A DNA stretch of 64,000 bases from an uncultured Phycisphaerales bacterium (GCA_963844715.1 CAWJPJ010000006.1:128001-192000); one strand, 5' to 3'; numbered from the stretch's first letter, positions 24,480-34,834 are shown. Program-made: numbers and translations. The notes: generated by a model from the letters alone, not told the origin.

Positions 24480-25385
24480 ATGGAAGAGCAAGCAACAACT
24501 CAGCCGATTGTGTCGGTAGCCGCACCACCGAGTGGCGGGTCGGGTAAAGCAACCTGTTCGGCATGCGGTGGCAGCTCTCCGCCTCCTGCCATCGGTCGCT
24601 TAGAGCCGGGACCCAGGCAGGCCACGTTGGTTGGGACGGTGACAGCGGCCTTCCCCAGCCTCTCGGTCGAGAAACACTTTGCCCAATTGCTTGGTCAGAA
24701 GGATTTTAAGGGATTCACAGATCGCCAAACCTTGCACGCCGTCCTTCAGAAGCCTGAAAACCGACATCTCGCTCGCAGGATGTGCTTCCTTCATACCCCA
24801 TATGGCAGCGGCGGATCTCCCGCGTACATTTTGGTACCCGAGGAGCGAGAGGACCTGACGCTTCTGGTGGATATCCTCAATCGTCCGCTGAACACCTCAG
24901 AATTTGACGTCGCCTACGGAAGAATCGTGGGAATGGCCCCGCGAGCCATGTGCAACGCACAGGAGTTGCCGATCTTATCCTTTTCCCAACTTTATTCATT
25001 CCGTCTCGAAACGTTTATAAAGTCTATTCCACGCCCAGAGAAGATCCCGGCCAAAGACTTCGAGGCGGCATGCGATGAGCTATTCCATCGGGCCATGCGC
25101 ATCGCAAGCAATGCAACCGGGAGCATGCTGGGACTCTCGTATGCCGTTTTGAGTTACGCCGGCCTATATAAGCTCGTGACCGAGAAATATAGCGAGAACT
25201 CCTCGCTGGCGTACATTGGCGTTAACCAATCCCGCGCCTGCGCGGGCTGCGCTGATATTCGCCTCAAGTTTGTTAAACGAGACACCGGGTTTGCCGAGTC
25301 CTTTGCCTTCTTAGTCAACGTTGATGGACCATTTCAATTTTTAGAGGAGCCCTTGCAACCCTCTTATGATACGTCAACGCCATAG
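24480..25385 (+). CDS. Stand-alone PatA/PatG C-terminal domain-like protein
   Basis: FPSLSVEK, ENRHLARRMC, MCNAQELPI, QLYSF and FLVNVDGPFQFL recall the C-terminal domain of cyanobactin proteases. No subtilisin domain is present. Confidence 0.7.
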   Translation: MEEQATTQPIVSVAAPPSGGSGKATCSACGGSSPPPAIGRLEPGPRQATLVGTVTAAFPSLSVEKHFAQLLGQKDFKGFTDRQTLHAVLQKPENRHLARRMCFLHTPYGSGGSPAYILVPEEREDLTLLVDILNRPLNTSEFDVAYGRIVGMAPRAMCNAQELPILSFSQLYSFRLETFIKSIPRPEKIPAKDFEAACDELFHRAMRIASNATGSMLGLSYAVLSYAGLYKLVTEKYSENSSLAYIGVNQSRACAGCADIRLKFVKRDTGFAESFAFLVNVDGPFQFLEEPLQPSYDTSTP

Positions 25386-25525
25386 CGGCCATTACGCTCC
25401 AAATGCTTGCCCGTTAGGATAAGAGCATGTCAAGTGGATTTACCCCTGGACGCAGAACCGATAGCTCAAGCTCCGTAATATCTCCGTTCCGGCCTAAATA
25501 ATGGCGGGTTGCTGGGAGCAGGAAT

Positions 25526-26689
25526 ATGAAAACGGCTTTGCCTGGATTCACTGCAGAGTACGGTCTCTACCAGTCAGCCGCGACTTACCGCAAGTCGAAT
25601 GCGTCGCCTGGTGCGACGATCACTGGCGCCTTCGACGACGCGGTTGAGCCATCCGGCCTGAGCAATCGAATGGGCTATGCAGGTCCACCGCACCCGGGTC
25701 GAGGCGGGCCATCTGCCTCGACTTTCCCCTTCATATGCGGTGGCGAGATTTGTACAGCGCGAGATGCATGCTGTCACGGCAAATGCACCTATTTGGGCTT
25801 CGACAATAATAATTGCGGAGCGTGTGGAAACGTCTGCAAGAACGGCATGACCTGTTCCCAAGGTTGCTGCGTGTACGCCCCACCCGACGCCGCCGTCCAG
25901 TTCGAGGGGTTTTTCCTTAGCAACTTCAATTACACCCTCTACAACGGCTGCTCGCCGATCAACGATCTAAAAGTCGTTTTCCAAGTCACGAAAGAAATGA
26001 GTGCGCCCGGAGGATTCTCGATACAACTCAACGGTTTCCAAAACAACCCCAGCAGTGCTACTACCGTCGCCGATTATTTGCAGTACGTCGTTTTTGTTAA
26101 TGGCACGGAGCTTCAGGGTGGAATTCAATATTGGAATCTTGAGGGGTATCAGAATTGTTATAACCAGACGCAAAACGCCGACGCTTGCCTTCAGTACCTC
26201 CTATACAATTCGCTGTATCAGACAATCCCCGGCGCGACCACCCCTCTGAACACCCTCCCTGCGGGATCCACAATCGAGATCGACCTCAGCCAAAGCGGCG
26301 GAAACATCACCGGGGCAACGTTTACAGTCAACACCGGCTCTGGGGGCCCTTACTCACTGGTCTTGCCCGTGCCGCAGGCGAATCAGCAATCGTTTTTGGC
26401 GTTTGAAGTGAATGTGGTGGGCTACGACGATGGCGCTTTTGGTGATTTTTCTCCCTTCGGAGCGGGGACGCTCACATATAGCATTCCCAGCGGGCAACTT
26501 ACGGTAGCGGGCACCACCGTTCCCAACCCAACAAATCTATGCACGGCGGCGCCCCAGAGTGGAGGCACGGGCGAGACATCGAATGTTTTCTATGGACCAA
26601 TGAGCCAATGCTCCGGTTCATCCATATCGCAAACGTTAATGGTGCCATACACCCAAATCCTGCCGTTCCAAAGAGACCGCTTCGGCTGA
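25526..26689 (+). CDS. Hypothetical protein with PGFTAE leader, Cys-rich (STIG1-like) module and beta-rich domain
   Basis: LPGFTAEYGLY N-terminus and CCHGKCTYLGFDNNNCGACGNVCKNGMTCSQGCC. Confidence 0.75.
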   Translation: MKTALPGFTAEYGLYQSAATYRKSNASPGATITGAFDDAVEPSGLSNRMGYAGPPHPGRGGPSASTFPFICGGEICTARDACCHGKCTYLGFDNNNCGACGNVCKNGMTCSQGCCVYAPPDAAVQFEGFFLSNFNYTLYNGCSPINDLKVVFQVTKEMSAPGGFSIQLNGFQNNPSSATTVADYLQYVVFVNGTELQGGIQYWNLEGYQNCYNQTQNADACLQYLLYNSLYQTIPGATTPLNTLPAGSTIEIDLSQSGGNITGATFTVNTGSGGPYSLVLPVPQANQQSFLAFEVNVVGYDDGAFGDFSPFGAGTLTYSIPSGQLTVAGTTVPNPTNLCTAAPQSGGTGETSNVFYGPMSQCSGSSISQTLMVPYTQILPFQRDRFG

Positions 26690-26732
26690 TGATTCCCTTG
26701 CTGCCGAACAGGGTGACTTTCGAGCGCGGTTC

Positions 26733-27214
26733 TTATGTTTGTCCGCGCAGACGGCAGATGAGTCCGTCGATGGAAAACACTCCCGCCCCAAACAGCAGCA
26801 CAATCACCGCCGTCGCAAAAAAAGGAAACGCTGTATCGTTCAGCACGATGTTCTGGTTATTCCAGATATTCTGGAATAATTCCTTCATCGAAAAGTCGTA
26901 GTTCGACAATTCCACGCTGAGAATCGCGACCAGAAAATTCCCCGTCAACACCAGAGCGACGATCCGCGACGCGAACCCCACCAAAAGCAGGGCCCCGCCG
27001 ACCAGTTCCGTACCGGCCGACATGATCACGTTCAGTTTCGGCGCTGGAATATGCAAAGTCGCGAAGAACTGCATGTCTGGTCGATGTGATGCAGATGGGC
27101 CCACCCGGAAATGATCGATTGATAGCCGATATAAATTCGAATCAGTAAAAGAAAGAGTGATTGAAAGTGATTCAAAAAGCACGCGTATTTTTGATATAGC
27201 ACCAGTGGCTTCAT
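26733..27214 (-). CDS. DoxX-family membrane protein (frameshift ~27075)
   Basis: LLLIRIYIG, TELVGGALLLVGFASR and FGAGVFSID. Confidence 0.8.
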
Positions 27215-27227
27215 GGGGCGGTCTCCT

Positions 27228-28450
27228 TCACACTTCGGTTTTGGTTAGCTCTCGCAGGAACACAGTGGCAAACGATCCCGCCGGCAGCGTAAACGCCGCT
27301 GTGATATGCGGCCCATGCTCGTCCACTCCGCTGGAAAGTTCCACATCTCCGGGCCGAACCCGCAAACTCCGCCGCGCCCCCTTGACCTTGTGCCTTCCCT
27401 CCAACCGAAAATGCCCGGGTTCCAGCCCATGTGCCGCGAAAATCTCGTGCTCCATCTCCAGCGGCTTCCCTTCGGGCATCGTCATCCGATATCCCACCAG
27501 CGGCCCCGTCGGGCTGATCTCAAACGCATCGGCGCGTGGCTGCTCCGTCGCCGCGCTCTCGACTCGGAAAACCGCCCCGTTCTCATGCTTCTCCGCCAAA
27601 TCTCCGTCAAACAATTTCCCCAGGGTTTCAATGCGCTTCGACACGACTTGATTGAATAGTTCCGATTGCACCGCCGAGATCCACAGCCGCCGAATCCGCT
27701 CTTCCACCGCGCCACAGCCGCCGCCGGCCGTTCCGTCTTGATGAATCGCGCCAAAATTCGCCGCTCCATTCCGCTGCTGCGAGGCCAATGTTTCATGGCG
27801 ATTTCATACTCGCCCTTATCGAACGACTCGCGCGCTAATCGCTGCTTCGGATCGTCCAATTCCGGCTTCGGCGTTCCCAGCAACAATTTGAGTACGCCCA
27901 AATCGTCCCCTCGGATGAGCGCCGCCCCAAGAAGATGATTATCCCCGCGCCTCCCAAACCGCTGCTGCCCGAAATAATTCGGCATTCCCACTTCGGTCAA
28001 TCGCCGAACCAGGGGCGCCAGCCTCACCACATCCGTCGGATTCACGTCGCGGATTTTGATCGCAAAGCGGTTCGCCTTCAGATGCCCCAGCCGGAGCTTA
28101 TTTCCATGCCGGCTCGCCCACAGCACGCGCATCCCAGCAATATTCGCCCCCATCACTGCCGCTTCCGTCGTACCCAAGATCGAGAAGATTTGCCGCGTGA
28201 TCGCCGCCGCGTCCTTCATTCCGGCATACCCGATCCCGCGCGGATCGACGTTCAGCCCCCGCGCCAATCGATCGACCGCCTCGAAGGTGCTGATCCCTAC
28301 TTTCTCCACTTCACAATAAACGTGCTCCCCCTCTCCCGAGGCCTCGTACAGGGGAATTTCCTGCACGAAAAAATCCTCAGGCCGCTGCTTGATTACCCCG
28401 CCGATACCGGGAACGTCGGCGATGAGAAATGGAAGGGGCATGCCGGACAC
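27228..28450 (-). CDS. truD: tRNA pseudouridine(13) synthase (frameshift ~27715)
   Basis: PEDFFVQE, GYAGMKD, KLRLGHLKANRF, PNYFGQQRFG and FTLPAGSFATVFLRE. Confidence 0.93.
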
Positions 28451-28456
28451 GAATTG

Positions 28457-29137
28457 TCAGTTGTTCGAAGGCGGCCGCACCGTATTATTCGGCGGCGGCT
28501 CCAATGACGTCGGCTGCTGCGGCGTCGGGCTCGCTGGCGGCGGCGGGGCGGGATTCGACGGCGTTGCAACCGCTTCATTATTATCCTGATTCATGGGCCG
28601 ATATCCAAAACTCTGTCCGCCCACCGAAGCTTCAAACATCAATCCGCTCAAACCCCGCACGAAGACTACAACCCCGTTGTCATATTTCGCCGCCGCCGCC
28701 GCGCCGGATGATGCGGCCACCGCCGAGGCCTGTGCCGAAAGCGAAAAATCCCCGCTCTCAAAATTGTTCAGCGCCGTCTTATCCTTGAATACGATCAGTT
28801 CCGCGTAGGATTGCCCGCCAAGCTGCACTCCGAGCGTCCCCTGCGTCATGTCCGTCCAACCGGTCGGAGATCCCTGTTCATACACCACCCCGCGCCCATC
28901 AGCGCCCCCGATCCCGATCGCTCCTTTGCCGATATTTGGAAAGATCGCATAGGCGTGCCCGCTCTTCACGAATTTATCCAAAGTCGGGTCTTCCTTCGTG
29001 AAATCACCGTAGGAGGTCGCCGCATCGCTCAAAAGCTGCGGCTGATCCGAACCCGAAGGCGTCGTCGAACACGCCGTCACGCCCAAACCCAACATGACCA
29101 TTGCAACAGTCGAAACCCACCACATCATCTTCCGCAT
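28457..29137 (-). CDS. SYLF/YSC84-domain lipoprotein
   Basis: Lipobox VTAC, YAIFPNIGKGAIGIGG and GLMFEASVGGQSF. Confidence 0.85.
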   Translation of the reverse strand: MRKMMWWVSTVAMVMLGLGVTACSTTPSGSDQPQLLSDAATSYGDFTKEDPTLDKFVKSGHAYAIFPNIGKGAIGIGGADGRGVVYEQGSPTGWTDMTQGTLGVQLGGQSYAELIVFKDKTALNNFESGDFSLSAQASAVAASSGAAAAAKYDNGVVVFVRGLSGLMFEASVGGQSFGYRPMNQDNNEAVATPSNPAPPPPASPTPQQPTSLEPPPNNTVRPPSNN

Positions 29138-29238
29138 AGTTGATCTCCAAAGGCCTGGAAATCGCGCGTCCATGCGGCTTCCCACGCCGACACCTTATCA
29201 TCCCGTCTGTTTTAAAGACAGATACACCCGATCAATGG

Positions 29239-29625
29239 TTATTGATCGGTAAACTGACTCCATTTCGTCCCGTTGATATACCATGCCCGCCCCGTCGAAA
29301 CATCTATCCGCAGTGCGGTAAAGGTTTTAGCATCGGGGAGGGGAAGCATGGTCAAATCATACACCCCCGGCCCCGGCGGCGCGTCGTCCCCCAGTTTGAT
29401 CCACTTCCCATTGGCGGCGTACCAGCTGTCCCCGCTCGATGTGTCCACCTTGTATGTCTGAAACGCCCCTCCCTGGGCCAGCGCCTTGATCACAAATTTC
29501 GCCACCGGGGACGGCAGCGCATATTCCGTGTCGGCGTGAGCCGCCGTGCCCAAAATCGCGTCGTCACGACGCTGCTGGCCGCCCCGATCAAAAACGTTGC
29601 CGCGATAACCAAAAGTTTGCGACAT
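29239..29625 (-). CDS. Small secreted hypothetical protein (paralog of 29731-30117)
   Basis: Two R/K.D..TG..W...W repeats; similar to the neighbouring gene. Confidence 0.7.
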   Translation of the reverse strand: MSQTFGYRGNVFDRGGQQRRDDAILGTAAHADTEYALPSPVAKFVIKALAQGGAFQTYKVDTSSGDSWYAANGKWIKLGDDAPPGPGVYDLTMLPLPDAKTFTALRIDVSTGRAWYINGTKWSQFTDQ

Positions 29626-29730
29626 GATGTGCCTCCCGTAAGCGTGGTGGGCCGGACCCTCGGTCCGAAGCCGCCCGACAGCCTATCATGGCAGCGCATC
29701 ACGCAACAAGTGCCGAAAAGCACCCTGCGG

Positions 29731-30117
29731 CTATTGCTCCCCGACGGCGCTCCAGTTGGTTCCCATGATGTACCACGTCCGCCCCGTATTCACGTCCCAG
29801 CGGCAGAGGTTGTAAGTCTTCCCATCCGGCATGGGAAGGATCTGCACATCGTACGATCCCGGCCCTAAAGGCACCGCATCGTTGTACTTGACCCATTTGC
29901 CGTTCGACGTGAACCACGCATCCCCGTTCGTCGTATCAATCCGCACCGTAAAGAAAACGTTTCCGACCACGATCGATCGAACGATATAACGCGCCGACGC
30001 CGACGCCATCGAATAAGTAGTCTCCCCGCGCACAGGCGTGTCCACCCAATGCGCCACTCCGGCATAACCAACCGCCCCAATCAATACCGCCCCTGCCAAT
30101 CGAGCAAAACGATTCAT
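29731..30117 (-). CDS. Small secreted hypothetical protein
   Basis: Signal-like N-terminus and two internal repeats (RIDTTNGDAWF / RWDVNTGRTWY). Confidence 0.75.
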   Translation of the reverse strand: MNRFARLAGAVLIGAVGYAGVAHWVDTPVRGETTYSMASASARYIVRSIVVGNVFFTVRIDTTNGDAWFTSNGKWVKYNDAVPLGPGSYDVQILPMPDGKTYNLCRWDVNTGRTWYIMGTNWSAVGEQ

Positions 30118-30372
30118 AAACAATCTCCCATAAAAGTGTTGCCCTGATTATGCCCACTCTAAAAAGCGGTTGCCAGTTTGCCGCCGGGGGGGCCCAGCGG
30201 CCTTTGGCATGCCGCAATCACTTGCAACTCGCGACTGGAACTATTTTTGGCCTTTGCGGACCACGCCCATCTTTCGTAATCTGAGGTCGCAGACCCGTCA
30301 AAAGGTTTATAATCCCATGTCGTCGCAATCCATTCACCAATGTTCCCCCAGGACACTAAAGCCAGGTGCTAT

Positions 30373-31416
30373 ATGACAGCACAAACGAAACTCGCGGAAG
30401 CGTTGGCCCATTTAAGCCTCGCTACGCGATGCCTGCACGCCGCCGATGAAAGCGGCGGGAACATTGCCAAAAAGTTCGAGCAATTGGGAGTCCCGGACAC
30501 GCCCGAAAATCGCATCGCTTATCGCGGCGCAATGCTTACGACGCCCGGTTACGGCGAAGTGATCGGCGGCACAATCCTCTTCGACGAGACTTTCCGCCAA
30601 TCTTATGAAGGCAGCACGGTCACCCATATCCTGAAACGCCAGGGCGTCGTGATCGGCGTCAAAGTGGACTCCGGCTTGCAATCTTTCGGTGCTTCAAAGA
30701 TCGAGCAGGTCGGAAAGAATGAGTTGCCCGCTCTTCCAAAGCGTATGGAAGAGTATGCCGCGAAGGATGTTCAATTCACCAAATTCAGAGTTGTAGGGAA
30801 TATCGGCCTCGAGAACGGGAGAGCCCTTCCCAGCGATGAATGCCTGGCGGCTAACGCCGCGATGTTGGCCCAGTACGCCGAAATCTGCCACCGCTTCGGC
30901 GTCGTGCCGATCGTCGAGCCGGAAGTGCCGATGGAAGGATCGCATTCCCTGGAGGACTGCCGTCAGGCCACCGAGCGTTTCCTGCTGGCGACTTTCGCAG
31001 CCTTGAGAAAGCGGCAGATTGCCCTGCCGGGAGTTATTTTAAAGACCAATATGGTCCTTTCCGGCCTCGAAGGACCGAAGGCCAACGAGGCTGACTGCGT
31101 TAAGCAAACGATCTTGACTCTCGCGACGACAGTGCCGCCGGATATCGGCGCGGTCGTATTTCTATCGGGGGGTCAAGAGACCGAAGATGCAATGAGGCGG
31201 TTGGAAGCGATACGCATCGCCGCGGCGCAAAGCGGCCTGCCTTTCACCGTCAGCTCGTCCTTCAGCCGTGCCTTGCAGGGCCCCGCGTTGGAAGAATTCG
31301 CCGCCGCGGTGCGAGAGGGCGCGAACGCGGCCGATATCAAAACGCGGACCCAATCCAAATTCGCCGAAGCTCTCAAATTGAACGGGATGGCACTGAGCAA
31401 TTCGGTCAGACATTGA
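30373..31416 (+). CDS. Class I fructose-bisphosphate aldolase
   Basis: AADES, ILFDET, GVKVDSG, VPIVEPEV, ILKTNMV, VFLSGGQ and SFSRALQ. Confidence 0.88.
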   Translation: MTAQTKLAEALAHLSLATRCLHAADESGGNIAKKFEQLGVPDTPENRIAYRGAMLTTPGYGEVIGGTILFDETFRQSYEGSTVTHILKRQGVVIGVKVDSGLQSFGASKIEQVGKNELPALPKRMEEYAAKDVQFTKFRVVGNIGLENGRALPSDECLAANAAMLAQYAEICHRFGVVPIVEPEVPMEGSHSLEDCRQATERFLLATFAALRKRQIALPGVILKTNMVLSGLEGPKANEADCVKQTILTLATTVPPDIGAVVFLSGGQETEDAMRRLEAIRIAAAQSGLPFTVSSSFSRALQGPALEEFAAAVREGANAADIKTRTQSKFAEALKLNGMALSNSVRH

Positions 31417-31556
31417 GGGGATTCGAATCCAAAGCGCTCAATCCCGTCGTCCACGATGCGCAATCTGGCGGACTGAAAACCAATCCGGTAGGATCGCTCG
31501 AATCCTTCGGTGCAACCGGCGAAACCCGCGGTTTTACCGCAGGAAAATTACATAAC

Positions 31557-31640
31557 GGCCTCTTGGCGGAATTGGCAGACGCGATGGACTCAAAATCCAT
31601 TGCCCGAAAGGGCGTATCGGTTCAACTCCGATAGAGGCCA
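31557..31640 (+). tRNA. tRNA-Leu (CAA)
   Basis: Acceptor stem GGCCTCT/AGAGGCC, D arm GGCGGAATTGGCAGACGC, anticodon arm ATGGA-CTCAAAA-TCCAT, long variable arm and T arm. CCA is not encoded. Confidence 0.95.
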
Positions 31641-32897
31641 TCCCCCATCTTGCACGATTTCGCAAGGTGCAGAATCACTCGGAAAAACCGAGTGATTTTT
31701 GTTTGGTGACTGAACGGGTTGCGAAGCATTTCCACCCTTTTCGTGCGGTTGCTGTGCCGGATTCTGTGCCGCGCTGTCCGAAGTCGCTACAGGCGTAGCC
31801 GCTGCCCGGTCGAAATGGGCTTGAGTGACTTGCAGATAGTGGGCCTGGGCGACAGCTTGGGTATTTCCGAGCCACGCGCAAACGACATGGGCCGGAAATG
31901 TCTCGGCAAGCTCGGTCTGACGGCTCGACCGCAGATTGTGGAAAAGCTTCGGCCACGGCTCGATGCCAGCCCGACTGATTATCCGTTTGAAATGTGTCCG
32001 CAAATTCTGTTTGCCGTCCCTGTATCGCGTAATGACATGCTCATCCCCTGGCGCCGCCGCCTCGAACGCCTCCATTAGCGGCCCCCGCAGCTCAGGAAAT
32101 AGCGGAATATACCGGCTCGCCCGGCCTTCGATATGCTCGGTCTTAGGCGATGGCACGCGGATGCGATTTCGATCCCACTCTACATCAGCCCAAGTCAACG
32201 CCAATGTTTCAGACGGGCAGCGAACGCCTCCATAGCGGCTCAGCGCTACGATCACCCGCCACTGGCAGTCTGGGCATGCCTCAATTACCGCGTCCGCCAT
32301 TTTGCGAGTCACAAAAAACTGCCTGGCTGGATTGCTGCGAACGTTGGATTCAAGGCCTGTAAACGGATTCTCGCGGATCATCCGCTTACGGACCGCGAAT
32401 CGAAAGAATTGTTTCGCCCGACCGCAGAGCCGGCGCGCCGTATTCACGGATAATTTGCCCAAGAGATATCGGCGATATTCCTCCGCATCGCCTTCTGTAA
32501 TGTCGCCCAACGGCTTGTTCTCGCCGAAGAATGCGACAAGATTCCGGCGCACCTGTCCCAAACCGATCCGCGTGTTCGGCTTAATGTCGGATCGCCCTGC
32601 GATATATGCGTCAATAAACGCGCCGAGTGCCAAGGCGCCCGAAGATTTCCGCGGCTTCGTTAATCCGACAGCCGCAAGCCGCGCGTGCATCAGGTCATCC
32701 AGTCCGGCCAGCCACCGCGAAACCTCATCGTCAATTGAGCCGGTGATTCCCTGTGCAATCAGCGATTCCACCTTGACTTTGAACGACTCGGCCTGGCGCT
32801 GGGACACCTTGCCCAGCCGAATCGTCTTGCGCGTGCCGTCGCCGGCAATGAAAAGGATTCGCCGCCTGCCATTTCCATCTGAACCGATGCTTGCCAT
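31590..32897 (-). CDS. Tyrosine recombinase (phage-type integrase)
   Basis: Catalytic motifs GGVRCPSE, KTEH, FHNLRSS and WLGNTQAVAQAHY; abuts the tRNA. Confidence 0.92.
   Translation of the reverse strand: MASIGSDGNGRRRILFIAGDGTRKTIRLGKVSQRQAESFKVKVESLIAQGITGSIDDEVSRWLAGLDDLMHARLAAVGLTKPRKSSGALALGAFIDAYIAGRSDIKPNTRIGLGQVRRNLVAFFGENKPLGDITEGDAEEYRRYLLGKLSVNTARRLCGRAKQFFRFAVRKRMIRENPFTGLESNVRSNPARQFFVTRKMADAVIEACPDCQWRVIVALSRYGGVRCPSETLALTWADVEWDRNRIRVPSPKTEHIEGRASRYIPLFPELRGPLMEAFEAAAPGDEHVITRYRDGKQNLRTHFKRIISRAGIEPWPKLFHNLRSSRQTELAETFPAHVVCAWLGNTQAVAQAHYLQVTQAHFDRAAATPVATSDSAAQNPAQQPHEKGGNASQPVQSPNKNHSVFPSDSAPCEIVQDGGWPLSELNRYALSGNGF
31628..31641 (+). repeat. att core (left), within the tRNA 3' end
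   Basis: CCGATAGAGGCCAT. Confidence 0.9.
31752..31775. repeat. Putative integrase arm-type site (left)
   Basis: CTGTGCCGGATTCTGTGCCGCGCT, exactly repeated at 47250-47273; contains tandem CTGTGCCG. Confidence 0.7.
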
Positions 32898-32913
32898 AAC
32901 TCACCTGTCTCTT

Positions 32914-33177
32914 TCAATTGCTCGAAGTATCGCGCACTGTTGATACCGTTCCGTTCTTCCCGCGTCCATCCAAATCATCGCTCTGACGATTTTCATGTTG
33001 CGCGATGACGGTGCGAAGCGTTTCCATTGAATATCGAACCGATTTGCCAAGCCGGACGCACGGAACAACTCCTTCACGTGTGAGTGTCCATAAAGTTCGT
33101 GAAGAGATCGACAGCAGCTTGGCCGCTTCATCCGGCTTGATCAGCAGTGACGGCGGAGATGACGTGTGAGACACCAT
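32914..33177 (-). CDS. Excisionase-like helix-turn-helix protein
   Basis: LLIKPDEAAKLLSISSRTLWTL...VPCVRLGKSVRY, directly upstream of the integrase. Confidence 0.85.
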   Translation of the reverse strand: MVSHTSSPPSLLIKPDEAAKLLSISSRTLWTLTREGVVPCVRLGKSVRYSMETLRTVIAQHENRQSDDLDGRGKNGTVSTVRDTSSN

Positions 33178-33307
33178 GGGCATAACCATCGCCTGTTCGG
33201 CGAATGTTATAGTCGATATAAAAAAAGTCAACTGGTAAGTTATGCTGGACAGCGAATCGAGAATCCGCTGCCTTTGTCGTTATGGCCCTCTGCGGTAAAA
33301 TGGTCGT

Positions 33308-33559
33308 ATGCCAAGCCCAAAATCATCAGTCAGGTCAGCCAAGAGTCCCGAGAAGCCCAAGACGATCCAGCGGACCTACCGCTTTGACACAAAGTTGTTT
33401 GAAGCTTTCGAGGACGACTGCGCCACTCATCTCGCCAACCCCAAGCGCGTCATTGAAGCGCTAATCCTGTATTGGCTGGACGCCGACGCCGACGAACGCG
33501 CGGCGATGGCCCACAAACATCGGGAACGGATTGGCTCTGGATCGCGGGAAGAAGATTAA
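33308..33559 (+). CDS. Small ribbon-helix-helix-like regulator
   Basis: KTIQRTYRFDTKLFEAFEDDC...NPKRVIEALI; divergent from xis-int. Confidence 0.6.
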   Translation: MPSPKSSVRSAKSPEKPKTIQRTYRFDTKLFEAFEDDCATHLANPKRVIEALILYWLDADADERAAMAHKHRERIGSGSREED

Positions 33560-33757
33560 TTTTTCGGCGGCACAGACTTTTCCGCACCCACCTCATGGCG
33601 GACGGCTTCACGCGGACGGGGCGGCGGTCAATCTGGATCGCCCGGAGGGATTTTCCCGCGCAGCGGGAGGGAGATTGACGGCCGCCCGGGCCGCGTACAA
33701 TCGAGCCACGAGGTGGGGGCGGGATTTCGGACTTCGGTTCAGGAATTTACTACAGGT

Positions 33758-34753
33758 TCACGCTGCTCCGCCCATCAAGCGATCCAACGGACTGGTCACC
33801 GCAATCGCCGGTTTATTCATCACGTGCGTATAGATCATCGTCGTCTCCAGGCGCTGATGGCCCAGAAGTGTTTGTACTTGTCTGATGTCATAGCCGGATT
33901 CCAGCAAATGGGTGGCAAAACTGTGCCGAAACGTGTGCGGCGTCACTCGCTTGCCAATTTGCGCTCGGATCGTCGCTTGTTTGACCGTTCGGGACAGGAC
34001 GCCGGGGTGCGCGTGCCAGCGATACCCTTTGCCCGATTCGTCCCTTCGCAACGTGATGCTCGGAAACAAGAATTGCCATCGCCAGTCGTCCTCAGCATAG
34101 GGGCATTTGTTCTGTAAGACAGCCGGCAACGGCACGTATCCACCGCCGTGGGCCAGGTCGCGCTCGTGTCGCCGGCGCGCCCGCCGTGCCTGTTCCACCA
34201 GCCGGCTTCGCAGCGACAGTGGCAACATGACGATCCGGTCTTTATCCCCTTTGCCCGAGTGAATCAAAATCTGCTGCCGATCAAAATCCACGTCGCGCAA
34301 GCGCAACGTGCAGCATTCCATCACGCGCAGCCCCGTGCCATACATCAATTCCACCATCAGCCGATGCATCGACTGGGGCCGCATGATTTCAATGAGTTGC
34401 TGCACTTCATGCTGGCTTAACACCGCCGGAAGCCGCACCGGCCGGCGCGAACGCTCGGCGGCGAACCGCCCCAGGTGATCCGGCTCCACTTCATCCGCCA
34501 ACACTTGCTTATACAGAAACACAATCGCGTTAACCGCCTGGTTCTGACTGGACGCGCTCAATTGCCGGTCGCGTGCCAGCGCGGTCAAAAATGCTTCCAC
34601 CTCCACCGTCCCCAGCTCCGCCGGATGTCGCCAATGACCTTCCCGGCAATGATACGCCAAAAACTCACGTACCCACCGGCGATAACATTCGATGGTAGAG
34701 GCGGCCAAATGCTTGCGAGTTCCCACGTCGCTTACCCGATCCAAAAGCTTCAT
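33758..34753 (-). CDS. intI: Integron integrase
   Basis: SASSQNQAVNAIVFLY, YGTGLRVME, GKGDKDR, the integron-specific insertion (GYVPLP...WRWQFLFPS), HTFRHSFATHLL and LLGHQRLETTMIYTHV. Confidence 0.95.
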   Translation of the reverse strand: MKLLDRVSDVGTRKHLAASTIECYRRWVREFLAYHCREGHWRHPAELGTVEVEAFLTALARDRQLSASSQNQAVNAIVFLYKQVLADEVEPDHLGRFAAERSRRPVRLPAVLSQHEVQQLIEIMRPQSMHRLMVELMYGTGLRVMECCTLRLRDVDFDRQQILIHSGKGDKDRIVMLPLSLRSRLVEQARRARRRHERDLAHGGGYVPLPAVLQNKCPYAEDDWRWQFLFPSITLRRDESGKGYRWHAHPGVLSRTVKQATIRAQIGKRVTPHTFRHSFATHLLESGYDIRQVQTLLGHQRLETTMIYTHVMNKPAIAVTSPLDRLMGGAA

Positions 34754-34763
34754 ATATTGTCCT

Positions 34764-34834
34764 AACCTAGCGCAAGAAACCGTGGTGTCAATATTTCCGA
34801 GGTTTGTTGACAGGCGTGAAACAATTGGCAAAAT
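34764..34834. promoter_or_regulatory. Candidate back-to-back Pint and Pc promoters
   Basis: Minus strand TTGACA(34791-34786)-16-TAGGTT towards intI. Plus strand TTGACA(34807-34812)-16-CAAAAT, with a TG extension, towards the cassettes. Confidence 0.5.

Noticed and set aside
31590..33559. Prophage
   Set aside because: Integrase and xis are present but there are no structural, packaging or lysis genes; the relaxase points to an integrative mobilizable element.
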